Counted from the whole stretch's first letter, positions 31,877-41,831 are shown. The stretch is DNA of 61,569 nt, filler included, from 5 parts of 5 records of this genome joined end to end with filler, not necessarily neighbours in it, one strand, 5' to 3'. The notes: generated by a model not told the origin, from the letters alone. Translations and numbers: made by a program.

Positions 31877-32856
31877 CGTGCTTTCAAATCCTCAAGGAAA
31901 TCGGGGCTTGGGTAGGGAAGGGTTTTGGCCAAAAACTGTGCCAGCTCTGCCAGATCAGGGTGTTCAAGATTACGTTGCAGATAGCCCCAAACGCGGGGGA
32001 TGAAATCCACATAATGCGCCTTGCCGTCACGCATACAAAGCCGTGCGAATATCCCCAGAATGCGAAGATTTCGTTGAACACCCAGAATGGCATAGGCCGT
32101 CTGGAAATCGGCGGCGTCTGTGCGGGTGTTGGCACTGTAACGGGCGATCATGTCGGTCTCGATTTCAGGGGCAACATCGCGGCGGGCGTCTTGGAGGATC
32201 GACACAAGATCATAGGCCGGATGCCCCAGCAGCGCGTCCTGAAAATCAAGCACACCAACACGGGCAATGCCTGTCCGTTCGGGCAGCCACAGCAGGTTTT
32301 CAGCATGGAAATCGCGCAGGATCACGACGCGGGGGACATGATCAAGTTGCTGCGCCAAGGGTCGGAACAACGTATCAAAACGGGCGAAACCCGCCCCATC
32401 ATCTGCGTACCAGTCAAAAACCAGATCGGTCATACGGACCAGCCAATCGGAATCGCAGATTGGCAATTCCAACGGTGCCGCCTTGTGCAACGCAACCAGC
32501 ATATCAGTGGCGGCGGTGTAGAGCGGGGCGGTCATGCCCGGCTGATCGACCATCAACCGCGCAAATAACGCGTCACCCAGATCTTCGATCAATAAAAACC
32601 CGTTTTCGGGGTCTTGCGCCAGAATGCGCGGGGCGCTTAGCCCGTTTTGGATCAAAAATCCGGCAATGCGCACAAAGGGGCTGACGTCTTCGCCCTTGTC
32701 TGGGGGGGCATCCATGAAGATGGCGGTGCTGCCGTCTGCCGCGGTCAGGCGGTCGTAGCGGCGGTTCGATGCATCCCCGGCCAGCAGGGATTGCCGGGCC
32801 TGCCCCCAACCAGCGGCTTTGATAAATTCTTGTGACGCGATAATGCGGTTGGTCAT
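31852..32856 (-). CDS. amgK: AmgK-like anomeric MurNAc/GlcNAc kinase (APH family)
   Basis: LAGDASNRRYDR, MDAPP, IEDLGD, RDFHAENL, LDFQDA, YDLVSILQDAR, QRNLRILGIFARL. ATG 32856 overlaps the tsaE stop (ATGA). Confidence 0.82.
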   Translation of the reverse strand: MTNRIIASQEFIKAAGWGQARQSLLAGDASNRRYDRLTAADGSTAIFMDAPPDKGEDVSPFVRIAGFLIQNGLSAPRILAQDPENGFLLIEDLGDALFARLMVDQPGMTAPLYTAATDMLVALHKAAPLELPICDSDWLVRMTDLVFDWYADDGAGFARFDTLFRPLAQQLDHVPRVVILRDFHAENLLWLPERTGIARVGVLDFQDALLGHPAYDLVSILQDARRDVAPEIETDMIARYSANTRTDAADFQTAYAILGVQRNLRILGIFARLCMRDGKAHYVDFIPRVWGYLQRNLEHPDLAELAQFLAKTLPYPSPDFLEDLKARCATHPDP

Positions 32857-33323
32857 CTGCGCCAGCTTTTCAATTTCGGCATCCATTTATCCGCATCCCA
32901 GGATGCGGTCAGCACCCGGCTGTCATCGCCCGTTGTTTCCAGTGCGATTTCCAGCGCGCCCTCGGGTTTCAACTCTCCCAGTCGATCGGGCCATTCGACC
33001 AGACAAATCGCATCTTGAAACGCGTCAGACAGGCCCAGTTCCTCGATCTCGAACGTGGATGTCAGACGGTATAAATCCGCATGCCAAATCGTGCCCGCCG
33101 AGGTGTCATAGGTTTGCACCAGCGTGAATGTGGGCGATGGCACGTCTTCGGGCGTGGTGAGCAGCGATTGGATCAACGAGCGTGCAAAATGCGTTTTGCC
33201 AGCACCAACGTTGCCGGTTAGCAAAATGGTATCGCCAACGGTCAACGCAGCGCCAAGGGCGCGCGCGGCTTGGCTTGTTTCTTCCGCGTTACGCAGATCA
33301 AGGGAAATTGTGTGGTCAGACAT
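32853..33323 (-). CDS. tsaE: tRNA t6A biosynthesis ATPase TsaE
   Basis: GNVGAGKTHFAR, VPSPTFTLVQTY, HADLYRL, VEWP. Confidence 0.95.
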   Translation of the reverse strand: MSDHTISLDLRNAEETSQAARALGAALTVGDTILLTGNVGAGKTHFARSLIQSLLTTPEDVPSPTFTLVQTYDTSAGTIWHADLYRLTSTFEIEELGLSDAFQDAICLVEWPDRLGELKPEGALEIALETTGDDSRVLTASWDADKWMPKLKSWRR

Positions 33324-33373
33324 GCGCCCAAGCTACTTGGCCGGGCAGGTGCGCCGCAAGGCGAAAGCGGACC

Positions 33374-34885
33374 TTAGATGTCGCGCGACATATCTTGGGG
33401 TGATGCACGTCTTGCTTGGATGTCAGACCGTTTGATGATGTGAAATCTGATAAGCGTCGCTCCGGCAACGATGGGCGAAATCAGGCATGTCATATGGGTC
33501 CCGTCGGTCAGGTAGACAGGAATGCTCCAGCTTTTGCGATCTACGAAACTGCGCACAAAACTTTCAATCTCTGGCCACATGGGGTTTTCCGCCGCCTTTC
33601 GTTTCCAATCCTGAATGGCATCATGGATCGTCACATCGGCAAAGCTGGTGTCGGGGTCAACTTTCCACAGGCTTTGATACGCCTTGTTCGAGAAGGTCAG
33701 AACGCCGGTACCGGAAAACACGGCAATGCCGTCATCCAGCGTGTCGAAAATGGATTGCCCCAGCTCAAGCTCGGCCCGGAAATGACGTGTCAGGCTGACC
33801 TCGGCGGTGATGTCTTCGATCAGCAGGGCCGTGGCCCCATCGGGGTGCGGGCGGCCCTTTACCCGAAAGGTCTGACCTGAATCCAGCGACCACGTGTCAT
33901 CATATCTGCCATCATTCGCCGCGTTTACCAGTTCGGAAATCGCAGTGCGCCAATTGGCATAGTTCTTTGGCTCGGGCATTTTGCGGGTTTCACGCAGCCG
34001 GTCAAAGAAGGTTTGCAGGGTGGGTCTGGTGCTTAAAAACTGCGCCGGGAGGCCGGTCAGATCGACCAGTGCCGGGTTGAACAACGCCAGCTGCCCGTTC
34101 CGGCTAAAGATCGCCAGCCCAATCGACAATTGCGCAAATGTCTTGGTCATGGTTTGCACAAAGTTGCGCTGCGCCTCTTCGGCGTGGACAAGGTTGCTGA
34201 TGCAGATGGCCTGATAATTCAGCACGCCGTCAACCTCGCGGTAGGAGACGTCAAACCACTCTTTCTTACCGGTTGATACGTCGCGCAGGGAAACCCGCTG
34301 ACATGTTGTTTCGTCTTCTGGCGAGAAAATCGGCTTTTCTTCGACAGGAAGGGTGGGAAAGACGCGTGCGTGCAGTGCCTCGTAGGCGGGGTTCCACCAG
34401 ATCAATACGCCATCTTTACATACCTGCCAGACGGGTATGGTCAGGCTTGACGTCAGTCCATGCGACATGATCCGGCTTTCAAGCGCCTCTGACGGTTGAT
34501 CGCCCTCAAGCCCCAGAAATTGCACCCAGTTTAGCCCGTTGTCCCAACTGATGTTGATCTGCGTCGGCCCGTTCAGGTCAATTGCATCAAGGGTCATACT
34601 GCCGGTGCCGTAAAGCTTGGGCTGCTTTGGAAACAGGGTAAACCGGTCCACGATCTTTTCGCGCAGATCGGTCCATTCATGAAAACCTGCCTCAAGGGGG
34701 AGGAAGTTCTGGGTCGCTTCGGAGGCATGTTGCAGGACACCTTGATCAAAAAGGTAAATTTGATCGGCTGGCGTCTCTGTCTGGTTTGGCGTGCGTTGCG
34801 GGTTTGGATCGTTCAGCCAGGCAAAGGCAAAGGCACCGCAAACAGTGGCAACACAAAAGATCAAAAAGATATCAAACGGCTGCAT
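33374..34885 (-). CDS. divL: Membrane-anchored multi-PAS protein without kinase domain (Rhodobacterales truncated DivL-like)
   Basis: N-terminal TM; PAS repeats (LAIFSRNGQLALFNPA, FFDRLRETRKMPE, GRPHPDGA, IAVFSGTGVLTFSN); no H-box or HATPase. Sits between regB and tsaE with CtrA boxes upstream. Confidence 0.72.
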   Translation of the reverse strand: MQPFDIFLIFCVATVCGAFAFAWLNDPNPQRTPNQTETPADQIYLFDQGVLQHASEATQNFLPLEAGFHEWTDLREKIVDRFTLFPKQPKLYGTGSMTLDAIDLNGPTQINISWDNGLNWVQFLGLEGDQPSEALESRIMSHGLTSSLTIPVWQVCKDGVLIWWNPAYEALHARVFPTLPVEEKPIFSPEDETTCQRVSLRDVSTGKKEWFDVSYREVDGVLNYQAICISNLVHAEEAQRNFVQTMTKTFAQLSIGLAIFSRNGQLALFNPALVDLTGLPAQFLSTRPTLQTFFDRLRETRKMPEPKNYANWRTAISELVNAANDGRYDDTWSLDSGQTFRVKGRPHPDGATALLIEDITAEVSLTRHFRAELELGQSIFDTLDDGIAVFSGTGVLTFSNKAYQSLWKVDPDTSFADVTIHDAIQDWKRKAAENPMWPEIESFVRSFVDRKSWSIPVYLTDGTHMTCLISPIVAGATLIRFHIIKRSDIQARRASPQDMSRDI

Positions 34886-34906
34886 CAACCGATACTCCAC
34901 ACGACT

Positions 34907-34947
34907 TTAACTGAATGTTAGGAGCTCAGATATTAACTTTTCGTTAA
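34907..34947. promoter_or_regulatory. Tandem CtrA-type boxes upstream of the divL-like gene
   Basis: TTAA-CTTTTCG-TTAA (34933-34947, perfect TTAA-N7-TTAA) and TTAA-CTGAATG-TTAG (34907-34921, one mismatch). Confidence 0.75.
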
Positions 34948-34981
34948 TCGGATGGGTGGTGTAAGGCGCTTAAATACACGC

Positions 34982-36373
34982 TCAGATAGTTATTGGCGTG
35001 TTTTCGCCGGTCGGTATGGGTGTTTCGCCGGCCACTGCGTCAATCTTGCTGCGGGGCCATACGACCTCTACCACCGCGCCCAGTTTGCGCAGATCGGTAC
35101 GCGATGTGCGGTCTGATCCATTGGCAAAGTGAAGCTCGGCACCCGAGCGTTCCAGCAAGGTCTTTGCGATAAATAAACCTAGGCCCATCCCCTCGTATTC
35201 GGGGCGCTGGGTGGCACTGCGTCGCGACCGGCGCCTGCGCATTAACGGATCGCCAATCCGACCCAAAAGATGCGGGGGAAACCCCTTGCCGTCGTCAAAA
35301 ATCCGTATCGAAATCTGTGTGTCGGTCCAGTTCGCTTCGACCCAGACGGTGCTATCGGCAAAATCGACAGCATTTTGTATCAAATTGCGCAGACCGTGAA
35401 TGATCTCGGGTTTGCGCAGGATCGAGGGTTGGTTAATCGTGGAACCTGCGGCTTGGCCAAAGGCAAACTCGATCGTTTTTCCGCGGCCCATATGGGGTTC
35501 TGCTGCTTCTTCTATGACGGCGCTCAGGGGGGCCTGCCGCAGGTGCAAATCGTCTTTGCCCGCGCGGCCCATATCCCGCAAAATATCGCGACACCGGTCC
35601 GCCTGATTGCGGATCAACTCGGCATCTGCGGCCAGCTCCGGGTTGTCCTTTAGTTCGTCCAGCAGTTCTGCGCTGACCAGTTTGATCGTGGCAAGCGGCG
35701 TACCCAGTTCATGCGCGGCAGCGGCCACAACCCCACCCAGATCGGTCAGCTTTTGTTCGCGTGCCAGCGCCATCTGCGTGGCAACCAAGGCGTCTGACAT
35801 CGAATGGATTTCTGTCGTCACCCACCGCGAATAGGAGGTCGAAAACAAGATCGATATGATCAGGGCAATCCAATGGCCGAACACAAAAATGCCCGGCATC
35901 ATCAACACCCCGCCACTTTGGGTGTTCAACGGCAGGTGATAGACAGCGATCAAGCTAACAAGAACAATGGCCGTGCAACACAAGATCACCGTCGATCTAA
36001 GGCTAAGCGTCGTGGCTGAGATGGTTACCGGCCCCAACAGCAGCAAGCAAAACGGATTGTGCAAGCCGCCGGTAAGAAACAACAAAAAGCCAAGCTGGCA
36101 CAGGTCGAACAGAACCATCGACAGGTTTTCAAGCTCTGACAGCCGTTTGTTTTCAGGAAAAACAAACATCGCAACCAGATTGCCCACAACCGAAATGCCA
36201 ACGGCAAAATAGCAAAGCCCCAGTTCAAGCTGGAGCCCGAACAGCCGATCCGCTACGGTAATCGCAGTAAGCTGCCCCGCGATGGCCACCCAACGCAGTA
36301 CGATCATGGTGCGCAGTCTGATCCAATTCGCACGGGTGCGATCGCCCAAAGGTTTGATTGTGGCCTGCGTCAT
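34982..36373 (-). CDS. regB: RegB/PrrB redox sensor histidine kinase
   Basis: Quinone-binding GGLHNPF, H-box AAAAHELGTPLATI, redox Cys in DRCRDIL, NLIQNAVDFA, GMGLGLFIAKTLLER. Confidence 0.95.
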   Translation of the reverse strand: MTQATIKPLGDRTRANWIRLRTMIVLRWVAIAGQLTAITVADRLFGLQLELGLCYFAVGISVVGNLVAMFVFPENKRLSELENLSMVLFDLCQLGFLLFLTGGLHNPFCLLLLGPVTISATTLSLRSTVILCCTAIVLVSLIAVYHLPLNTQSGGVLMMPGIFVFGHWIALIISILFSTSYSRWVTTEIHSMSDALVATQMALAREQKLTDLGGVVAAAAHELGTPLATIKLVSAELLDELKDNPELAADAELIRNQADRCRDILRDMGRAGKDDLHLRQAPLSAVIEEAAEPHMGRGKTIEFAFGQAAGSTINQPSILRKPEIIHGLRNLIQNAVDFADSTVWVEANWTDTQISIRIFDDGKGFPPHLLGRIGDPLMRRRRSRRSATQRPEYEGMGLGLFIAKTLLERSGAELHFANGSDRTSRTDLRKLGAVVEVVWPRSKIDAVAGETPIPTGENTPITI

Positions 36374-36473
36374 TGGCGCGCCTTTTCAAGTTAGCCCATT
36401 GCATAGATAGGAGAGAAGCGTAGGTCTGCTCTTATCAGTGATCAAGAGCGGCGTTTGTCGTAGGAGAATGAAG

Positions 36474-37091
36474 ATGAACAAGATACTTGCAATAAGTGCC
36501 GTCGTCGTGGCGATCGGATTCGTAGCTATTAGTTATGTTATGGGACTGAATGGCGATAGTGATGACAAGTATGCGCAATGCAAAAACTCTGCGGTTGCTG
36601 GCGGAAATGAATTGGGCGGCCCGTTCGAACTGGTGAATGCCGAAGGTCAGACAGTGACCGATACGGATGTTATCACAGAACCTAGCGTTCTGTATTTTGG
36701 ATACACGTTCTGCCCCGATGTTTGCCCCCTTGATGTTGCACGCAACGCAAGCGCCATTGATGTGCTGGAAGAACGCGGTATGTCCGTCACGCCGGTGTTT
36801 ATTTCGATCGATCCCGCGCGGGACACCCCCGAAGTTGTGGGTGAATTTGCTGAAAACATGCACCCCAAGATGATCGGGCTGACCGGGTCCCCGGAACAGG
36901 TAAAAGCCGCAAGCGAGGCATACCGGACCTATTACAAAGCCCATGATACAAGCGACGAATTCTACCTCGTTGACCATTCTACCTTTAGCTATCTGGTGAT
37001 GCCCGGCGAAGGGTTTGTCGATTTCTTTCGGCGCGATGTCACGCCCGAGCAGATGGCGGACAAAATCGGCTGCTTCATCGAAAACCAGTAG
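36474..37091 (+). CDS. senC: SCO family copper chaperone SenC/PrrC
   Basis: FGYTFCPDVCP, ISIDPARD, VDHS. RBS AGGAG best spaced to ATG 36474; lies between regB and regA. Confidence 0.93.
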   Translation: MNKILAISAVVVAIGFVAISYVMGLNGDSDDKYAQCKNSAVAGGNELGGPFELVNAEGQTVTDTDVITEPSVLYFGYTFCPDVCPLDVARNASAIDVLEERGMSVTPVFISIDPARDTPEVVGEFAENMHPKMIGLTGSPEQVKAASEAYRTYYKAHDTSDEFYLVDHSTFSYLVMPGEGFVDFFRRDVTPEQMADKIGCFIENQ

Positions 37092-37169
37092 AAAAGTTGA
37101 CATAAACTAGGCAGCATTACATAGCTGCTTGGGCGTTTGACGACGAACCCGATGATTGCGAGGCAAAAC

Positions 37170-37724
37170 ATGGCTGAGAATAGCGCGCTTGATCTAGGTG
37201 AAGACCCGACGTTGCTGTTGGTGGATGACGATGAACCGTTTCTGCGTCGTCTGGCCAAAGCGATGGAAAAGCGCGGGTTTTCCGTTGAAACCGCCGGCTC
37301 TGTCGCTGGGGGTCGCGCCATCGCCACGGCCCGCCCACCGGCCTATGCCGTGATCGATCTGCGGCTGGAAGACGGCAATGGCCTTGACGTGGTCGAGGTG
37401 TTGCGCGCCAAGCGCCCGGATGCGCGAGTTGTTGTGTTGACCGGATATGGTGCAATCGCGACGGCTGTGGCGGCGGTAAAAATCGGCGCGACCGATTACC
37501 TGTCGAAACCTGCGGATGCAAACGACATTACCAACGCCTTGCTGGCCACCGGTGATGATCTGCCGCCGCCCCCCGAAAACCCGATGAGCGCGGACCGCGT
37601 GAAATGGGAGCATATCCAGCGCGTGTACGAACTGTGCGACCGCAACGTATCTGAAACCGCGCGGCGCCTGAACATGCACCGCCGCACATTGCAGCGTATT
37701 CTGGCCAAAAGAAGTCCGCGCTAG
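37170..37724 (+). CDS. regA: RegA/PrrA response regulator
   Basis: LLVDDDEPF, VLTGYGAIATAVAAVK, PPPPENPMSADRV.WEHIQRVYELCDRNVSETARRLNMHRRTLQRILAKRSPR. Confidence 0.96.
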   Translation: MAENSALDLGEDPTLLLVDDDEPFLRRLAKAMEKRGFSVETAGSVAGGRAIATARPPAYAVIDLRLEDGNGLDVVEVLRAKRPDARVVVLTGYGAIATAVAAVKIGATDYLSKPADANDITNALLATGDDLPPPPENPMSADRVKWEHIQRVYELCDRNVSETARRLNMHRRTLQRILAKRSPR

Positions 37725-37727
37725 TGT

Positions 37728-38213
37728 CTAAACGTCGTATCGTTTGCTGATCTTGTCCACGACCTGCCCCGAGGCCAGCGCGACCCCTTCGTCATAGTGC
37801 CAGTCCCGAAACCCGCGGCTTTGATAATAGGTCAGACCGCCCGTATTATCCGCGCGGATGGTTGCATTGATCCAGACATATCCCAGATGATTTGCCGCGT
37901 CAGATGTGGCGCTGAACAATGCTGATCCAATGCCAAGACCGGTCCGCCCGACCTGCACAAATGTCGCGATATCGCAGGCCTCGGCTGGTAAATCGGGGTG
38001 GGGGCTGATCCATTGAAAGCCCACGACCTTTTCATCGCTATCCAAGGCAACATGCCACGCGCTTTGATCCGGGTTTGATGCCATCCACTGTTTCAGATCA
38101 TCGCCGGTGACCGCCCGCGTCATCGCTGTGGTGCCGCCGATTTTGATAATCTCGTTCAGCAGCCGCGCCATATCGGCGGCGTCCAGCGCGATGGGGCGTC
38201 TGACCTTGATCAT
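37728..38213 (-). CDS. GNAT family acetyltransferase
   Basis: Motif A TFVQVGRTGLGIGSALF; motif B IRADNTGGLTYYQSRGF. Confidence 0.85.
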   Translation of the reverse strand: MIKVRRPIALDAADMARLLNEIIKIGGTTAMTRAVTGDDLKQWMASNPDQSAWHVALDSDEKVVGFQWISPHPDLPAEACDIATFVQVGRTGLGIGSALFSATSDAANHLGYVWINATIRADNTGGLTYYQSRGFRDWHYDEGVALASGQVVDKISKRYDV

Positions 38214-38806
38214 GACATATCCAATAGCAGTGCCGCGTGGCGTGCGGTGAAATCATTGCGGGTTTCAACCGGCGGGCGCAGTACGATTGTCAGGTCTTCG
38301 ATAATGCTGGTATCGGGCTTGCCAAAAAACCGTGTTGCCTCGGCCTCGGCAAAGCCGGCGATTTGGGTGGCTTCCATCCAGGCGCTGATCCTGTCGGCCT
38401 TTTTGATCTGCTGCTTAACCGTTTTGGGGATCGCCGCAGGCAGGCCAAACCGGATGTGGATCGCTGCGGTCAGCCGTTCGTCCAGCGCGCCATACCCGGG
38501 CCCAACCGCCGATTTGACCGGTGAAATCATATCCCCGATCACATATTCCGGCGCGTCATGCAAAAGCGCGGCCAGCTTCCATTTCGTCGGTGCCTTTGGG
38601 TTCAGCCGTGCAAACAGCGTTTCCACCAACAGCGAATGTTCAGCAACGGAATAGGCATAATCCCCGTGGGTTTGGCCATTCCAACGCGCAACGAACGCCA
38701 GCCCATGTGCGATATCTTCGATCTCGATATCGACGGGGGTTGGGTCCAGCAGGTCCAGCCTGCGACCCGAAAGCATGCGTTGCCACGCGCGGGGCTGCTG
38801 CGCCAT
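38210..38806 (-). CDS. HD-domain hydrolase (YfbR-like)
   Basis: DIAHGLAFVARWNGQT, YSVAEHS, LLHDAPEYVIGDMISP, KKAD. Confidence 0.88.
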   Translation of the reverse strand: MAQQPRAWQRMLSGRRLDLLDPTPVDIEIEDIAHGLAFVARWNGQTHGDYAYSVAEHSLLVETLFARLNPKAPTKWKLAALLHDAPEYVIGDMISPVKSAVGPGYGALDERLTAAIHIRFGLPAAIPKTVKQQIKKADRISAWMEATQIAGFAEAEATRFFGKPDTSIIEDLTIVLRPPVETRNDFTARHAALLLDMS

Positions 38807-38992
38807 ATCGGTTCTCCGTTTCTGTATGCCGGGTTATTCATTCCACGAAGCCTGCGATCATGGAACCGCAAATACACCCCGCATCGGCGCAAAATAGCGG
38901 TCGTTTACCCGCATTCCCATCAATCGTTGAGATTAAAGATTTAAAGTGCTACGCGCGTGGCAAATATCCGATCTTTTGAAAAGGGATGCCAA

Positions 38993-39682
38993 ATGGCCAA
39001 CGATTATATCGTTAAAGACATTAGCCTTGCCGCGTATGGCCGCAAGGAACTTGATATTGCCGAGACTGAAATGCCGGGACTGATGGCGTTGCGTGCCGAA
39101 TATGGCGAAAGCAAACCGCTGACGGGGTCGCGCATCGTTGGGTCCTTGCACATGACGATCCAGACCGCTGTTTTGATCGAAACGCTGGTTGTGCTGGGTG
39201 CCGATGTGCGCTGGGCGTCGTGCAACATTTTCTCGACCCAGGATCACGCGGCTGCTGCAATCGCTGAGAGAGGCACACCCGTTTTCGCGATCAAGGGCCA
39301 ATCGCTGGAAGAGCATTGGGATTATCTGGATAAATCGTTCCAGTTCCCCGAAGGTCCGAACCTGATTTTGGACGATGGCGGCGATGCGACGCTGTATATC
39401 CTGCTGGGTGCCCGCGCCGAAGCAGGCGAAGACGTGATTTCGGTCCCGACATCCGAAGAAGAAGTCGCGATCAAAGCGCAGATCAAAAAGCGCATGGAAG
39501 CCTCCCCCGGTTGGTTCACCAAAATGCGCGACCAGATCAAAGGCGTTTCCGAGGAAACAACAACCGGCGTTCACCGCCTGTATGATCTGGTCAAACAGGG
39601 CCAGCTGCCTTTCCCCGCGATCAACGTGAATGACAGCGTGACCAAGTCCAAATTCGACAACAAATACGGCTGCAAGGAATCG
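38993..39682 (+). CDS. ahcY: S-adenosylhomocysteine hydrolase, cut by the contig end
   Basis: [57 protein letters not shown]. Confidence 0.97.
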
Positions 39683-39782
39683 NNNNNNNNNNNNNNNNNN
39701 NNNNNNNNNNNNNNNNNNNNNNNNNNTTAATTAATTAANNNNNNNNNNNNNNNNNNNNNNNNNNNNNNNNNNNNNNNNNNNN
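39683..39782. other. Artificial contig linker
   Basis: 44 N + TTAATTAATTAA + 44 N. Confidence 0.98.
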
Positions 39783-39805
39783 TCGCTGGCAAGCCAGCTT
39801 CCCAC
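39783..39805 (-). repeat. REP element at contig start
   Basis: Reverse complement GTGGGAA-GCTGGC-TT-GCCAGC-GA. Confidence 0.8.
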
Positions 39806-39964
39806 GGCCGCTCCGCCGTCTTTTCCGTGGCGAGGCGGCTTGCGGCTCCCCGCTCATTCGCTCCCGCGTTGGCTGTTCTCCCCAACGGCGCGGGTTCTGC
39901 GACCTGTTTCCGCTACTCCCGCATTCACTTTCCCGTGCCGAACTCCGTGGCTAAGTGAATGGAC

Positions 39965-40001
39965 TTGACTTATTTTGTATTTTCTATAAAAAATAGAAAA
40001 T
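39965..40001 (+). promoter_or_regulatory. Promoter region with palindromic GntR-type operator (left operon)
   Basis: TTGACT at 39965-39970; palindrome ATTTTCTAT-AAAAA-ATAGAAAAT (39979-40001), whose core matches 51829-51845 at 14 of 17 positions. Confidence 0.7.
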
Positions 40002-40054
40002 GTTCTTTGATGTAAAAAAGACGGATAAGACAAACAACAACGAAGGAGCGGGCG

Positions 40055-41788
40055 ATGCAGCCGGATCTTGCATTCTCACGTCTGTTGGCGGAAGGCGACA
40101 TGGTGTTGGACAGGCTGGACGCCTGTGTCGAGAGGCATCCGGAGAAGACCTTTATTTATTACGGCGAGGACGATGTCTCGCTGTCGTTCAAGGCGTTCAA
40201 GGAAAAGAGCGATGCCCTGGCCGCGGGGCTGGCGGGCCTGGGTGTGACCGCCGACGACCGGGTGTCGGTATTGACGCGCAATTCCCTGATGGCGGCTCTG
40301 AGCATGTTCGCCATCTGGCGCGCCGGAGCGGTCTATGCTCCGGTGAACTTCAACTATAAAGGGCGGCTGCTCAGCTATCAGTTACGGGACACCGCCCCCA
40401 AGGTCCTCATCGTTGATGTCAATCTGGCCCCGGCGGTGGACGAGGTGCTCGCTGATATCACCATTCCCCATTATGTGGTCTATCACCCCGAAGCCGGTGA
40501 TCACGATGATCAGGGCGCGAGCCTGCCGGCCGGGTTGTCGCGGGAAAGCGTGCGGGATTTTCATGCCTTGATATCGTCCCCCATGGAGCCGGTGGCCGTG
40601 TCGCGGGGTTATGACGACGTGGCCAACATCATCTATACCTCCGGCACAACCGGGCCGTCGAAAGGGGTGGTGCAAAGCTTCCGCTGGATGAATCAGTACA
40701 ACTTCCTGCCGCGCGCCTTCAACAACGCCGACGACGTGCTGTACTGCGACCTGCCGCTTTATCATGTCGGCGGCGCCTTTTCCCAGTTCGTCCGGGCGGT
40801 CTGGCACGGCAACACCGTCGGGCTGTGGGATCGATTCAGTCCCTCCCAATTCTGGCAGCGGATCGAACGCTGCCAGGCCACCGCATGTGTCCTGCTGGAT
40901 GTCATGGTGCCCTGGCTTATGAGCGCCCCCGAGCGGTCCGATGACCGCCACAACACGCTCAACAAAGTCCATATGCAACCGTTGCCCCCCTCCAACCGTG
41001 AGGTGGCGAGACGCTTTGGTTTCGATTTCGTCACCGCCGGCTTTGGCCAGACCGAAACCGGCGCCGGATTTCTGGTGGTGATCGATCAGTTTGGTGACCA
41101 GGCCGGTACGCCCGAGCCACTCTACAAAGGGCTATCCAAGCAAGACGTCAGAGCCGCCGCTGCTGAACTGGACGCGCTGATTGTCGATGGCACCAAGGAT
41201 ATCCCCAAAGGGCTAATGGGGCGCCCGTCTCCTTTGCTGGAAGCCTCCATCCTGGACGAAAACGACCAGCCTTGTGCGCCGGGCCAGGTTGGGCAGTTGT
41301 CATTTCGGCCGCGATTTCCCTCGCTGATCATCCGCGAGTACTTCAACAAACCGGAGAAAACCCTGGAGGCGTTCCGCAACCTTTGGTTTCACACCGGAGA
41401 CGCCTGCTATCGGGATGAACAGGGTTGTTATTTCTTCGTGGATCGCATGGGAGGGTACCTGCGCGTGCGGGGAGAAAACGTCTCCTCCTATGAAGTGGAG
41501 GACCTGATCAACACCCACCCGGCAATTCAAGTATCCGCGGCCATTCCGGTGCCGGCCAGGGAGGGCCATGAGGAGGATATCGGTGTGTTCATAGAAGCGG
41601 TCGAAGGCCTGGCTCTGGAAGTCGATTCGATACGGGAACATTGCCACGAGGTCATGCCGAAATACATGGTCCCCCGGCATATCCGTATCGTGCCGAGCAT
41701 GCCGTTGACGCCCACGGGCAAGATCGAGAAATACAAGTTGCGCCAGCAATTGTTGGAGGAACTGAACCGAAAAAATCACCCCCACTGA
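40055..41788 (+). CDS. AMP-forming acyl-CoA ligase (CaiC-like adenylate-forming enzyme)
   Basis: IIYTSGTTGPSKGV, LPLYHVGG, FGQTETG, WFHTGD, FVDR, RVRGENVSSYEVE, PLTPTGKIEK. RBS AAGGAG. Confidence 0.92.
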   Translation: MQPDLAFSRLLAEGDMVLDRLDACVERHPEKTFIYYGEDDVSLSFKAFKEKSDALAAGLAGLGVTADDRVSVLTRNSLMAALSMFAIWRAGAVYAPVNFNYKGRLLSYQLRDTAPKVLIVDVNLAPAVDEVLADITIPHYVVYHPEAGDHDDQGASLPAGLSRESVRDFHALISSPMEPVAVSRGYDDVANIIYTSGTTGPSKGVVQSFRWMNQYNFLPRAFNNADDVLYCDLPLYHVGGAFSQFVRAVWHGNTVGLWDRFSPSQFWQRIERCQATACVLLDVMVPWLMSAPERSDDRHNTLNKVHMQPLPPSNREVARRFGFDFVTAGFGQTETGAGFLVVIDQFGDQAGTPEPLYKGLSKQDVRAAAAELDALIVDGTKDIPKGLMGRPSPLLEASILDENDQPCAPGQVGQLSFRPRFPSLIIREYFNKPEKTLEAFRNLWFHTGDACYRDEQGCYFFVDRMGGYLRVRGENVSSYEVEDLINTHPAIQVSAAIPVPAREGHEEDIGVFIEAVEGLALEVDSIREHCHEVMPKYMVPRHIRIVPSMPLTPTGKIEKYKLRQQLLEELNRKNHPH

Positions 41789-41831
41789 TACGCACTTTCC
41801 GTATCGCGGGTACCCGATAAGGAGAACAGAA

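Noticed and set aside
31852-33323. tsaE/amgK as a frameshifted fusion gene
   Set aside because: The junction is a normal ATGA start-stop overlap at 32853-32856 and both proteins look complete.
36448-36461. GCGGC-GTTT-GTCGT as a RegA box upstream of senC
   Set aside because: Plausible from context, but short, GC-rich and imperfect, so not supportable from sequence alone.
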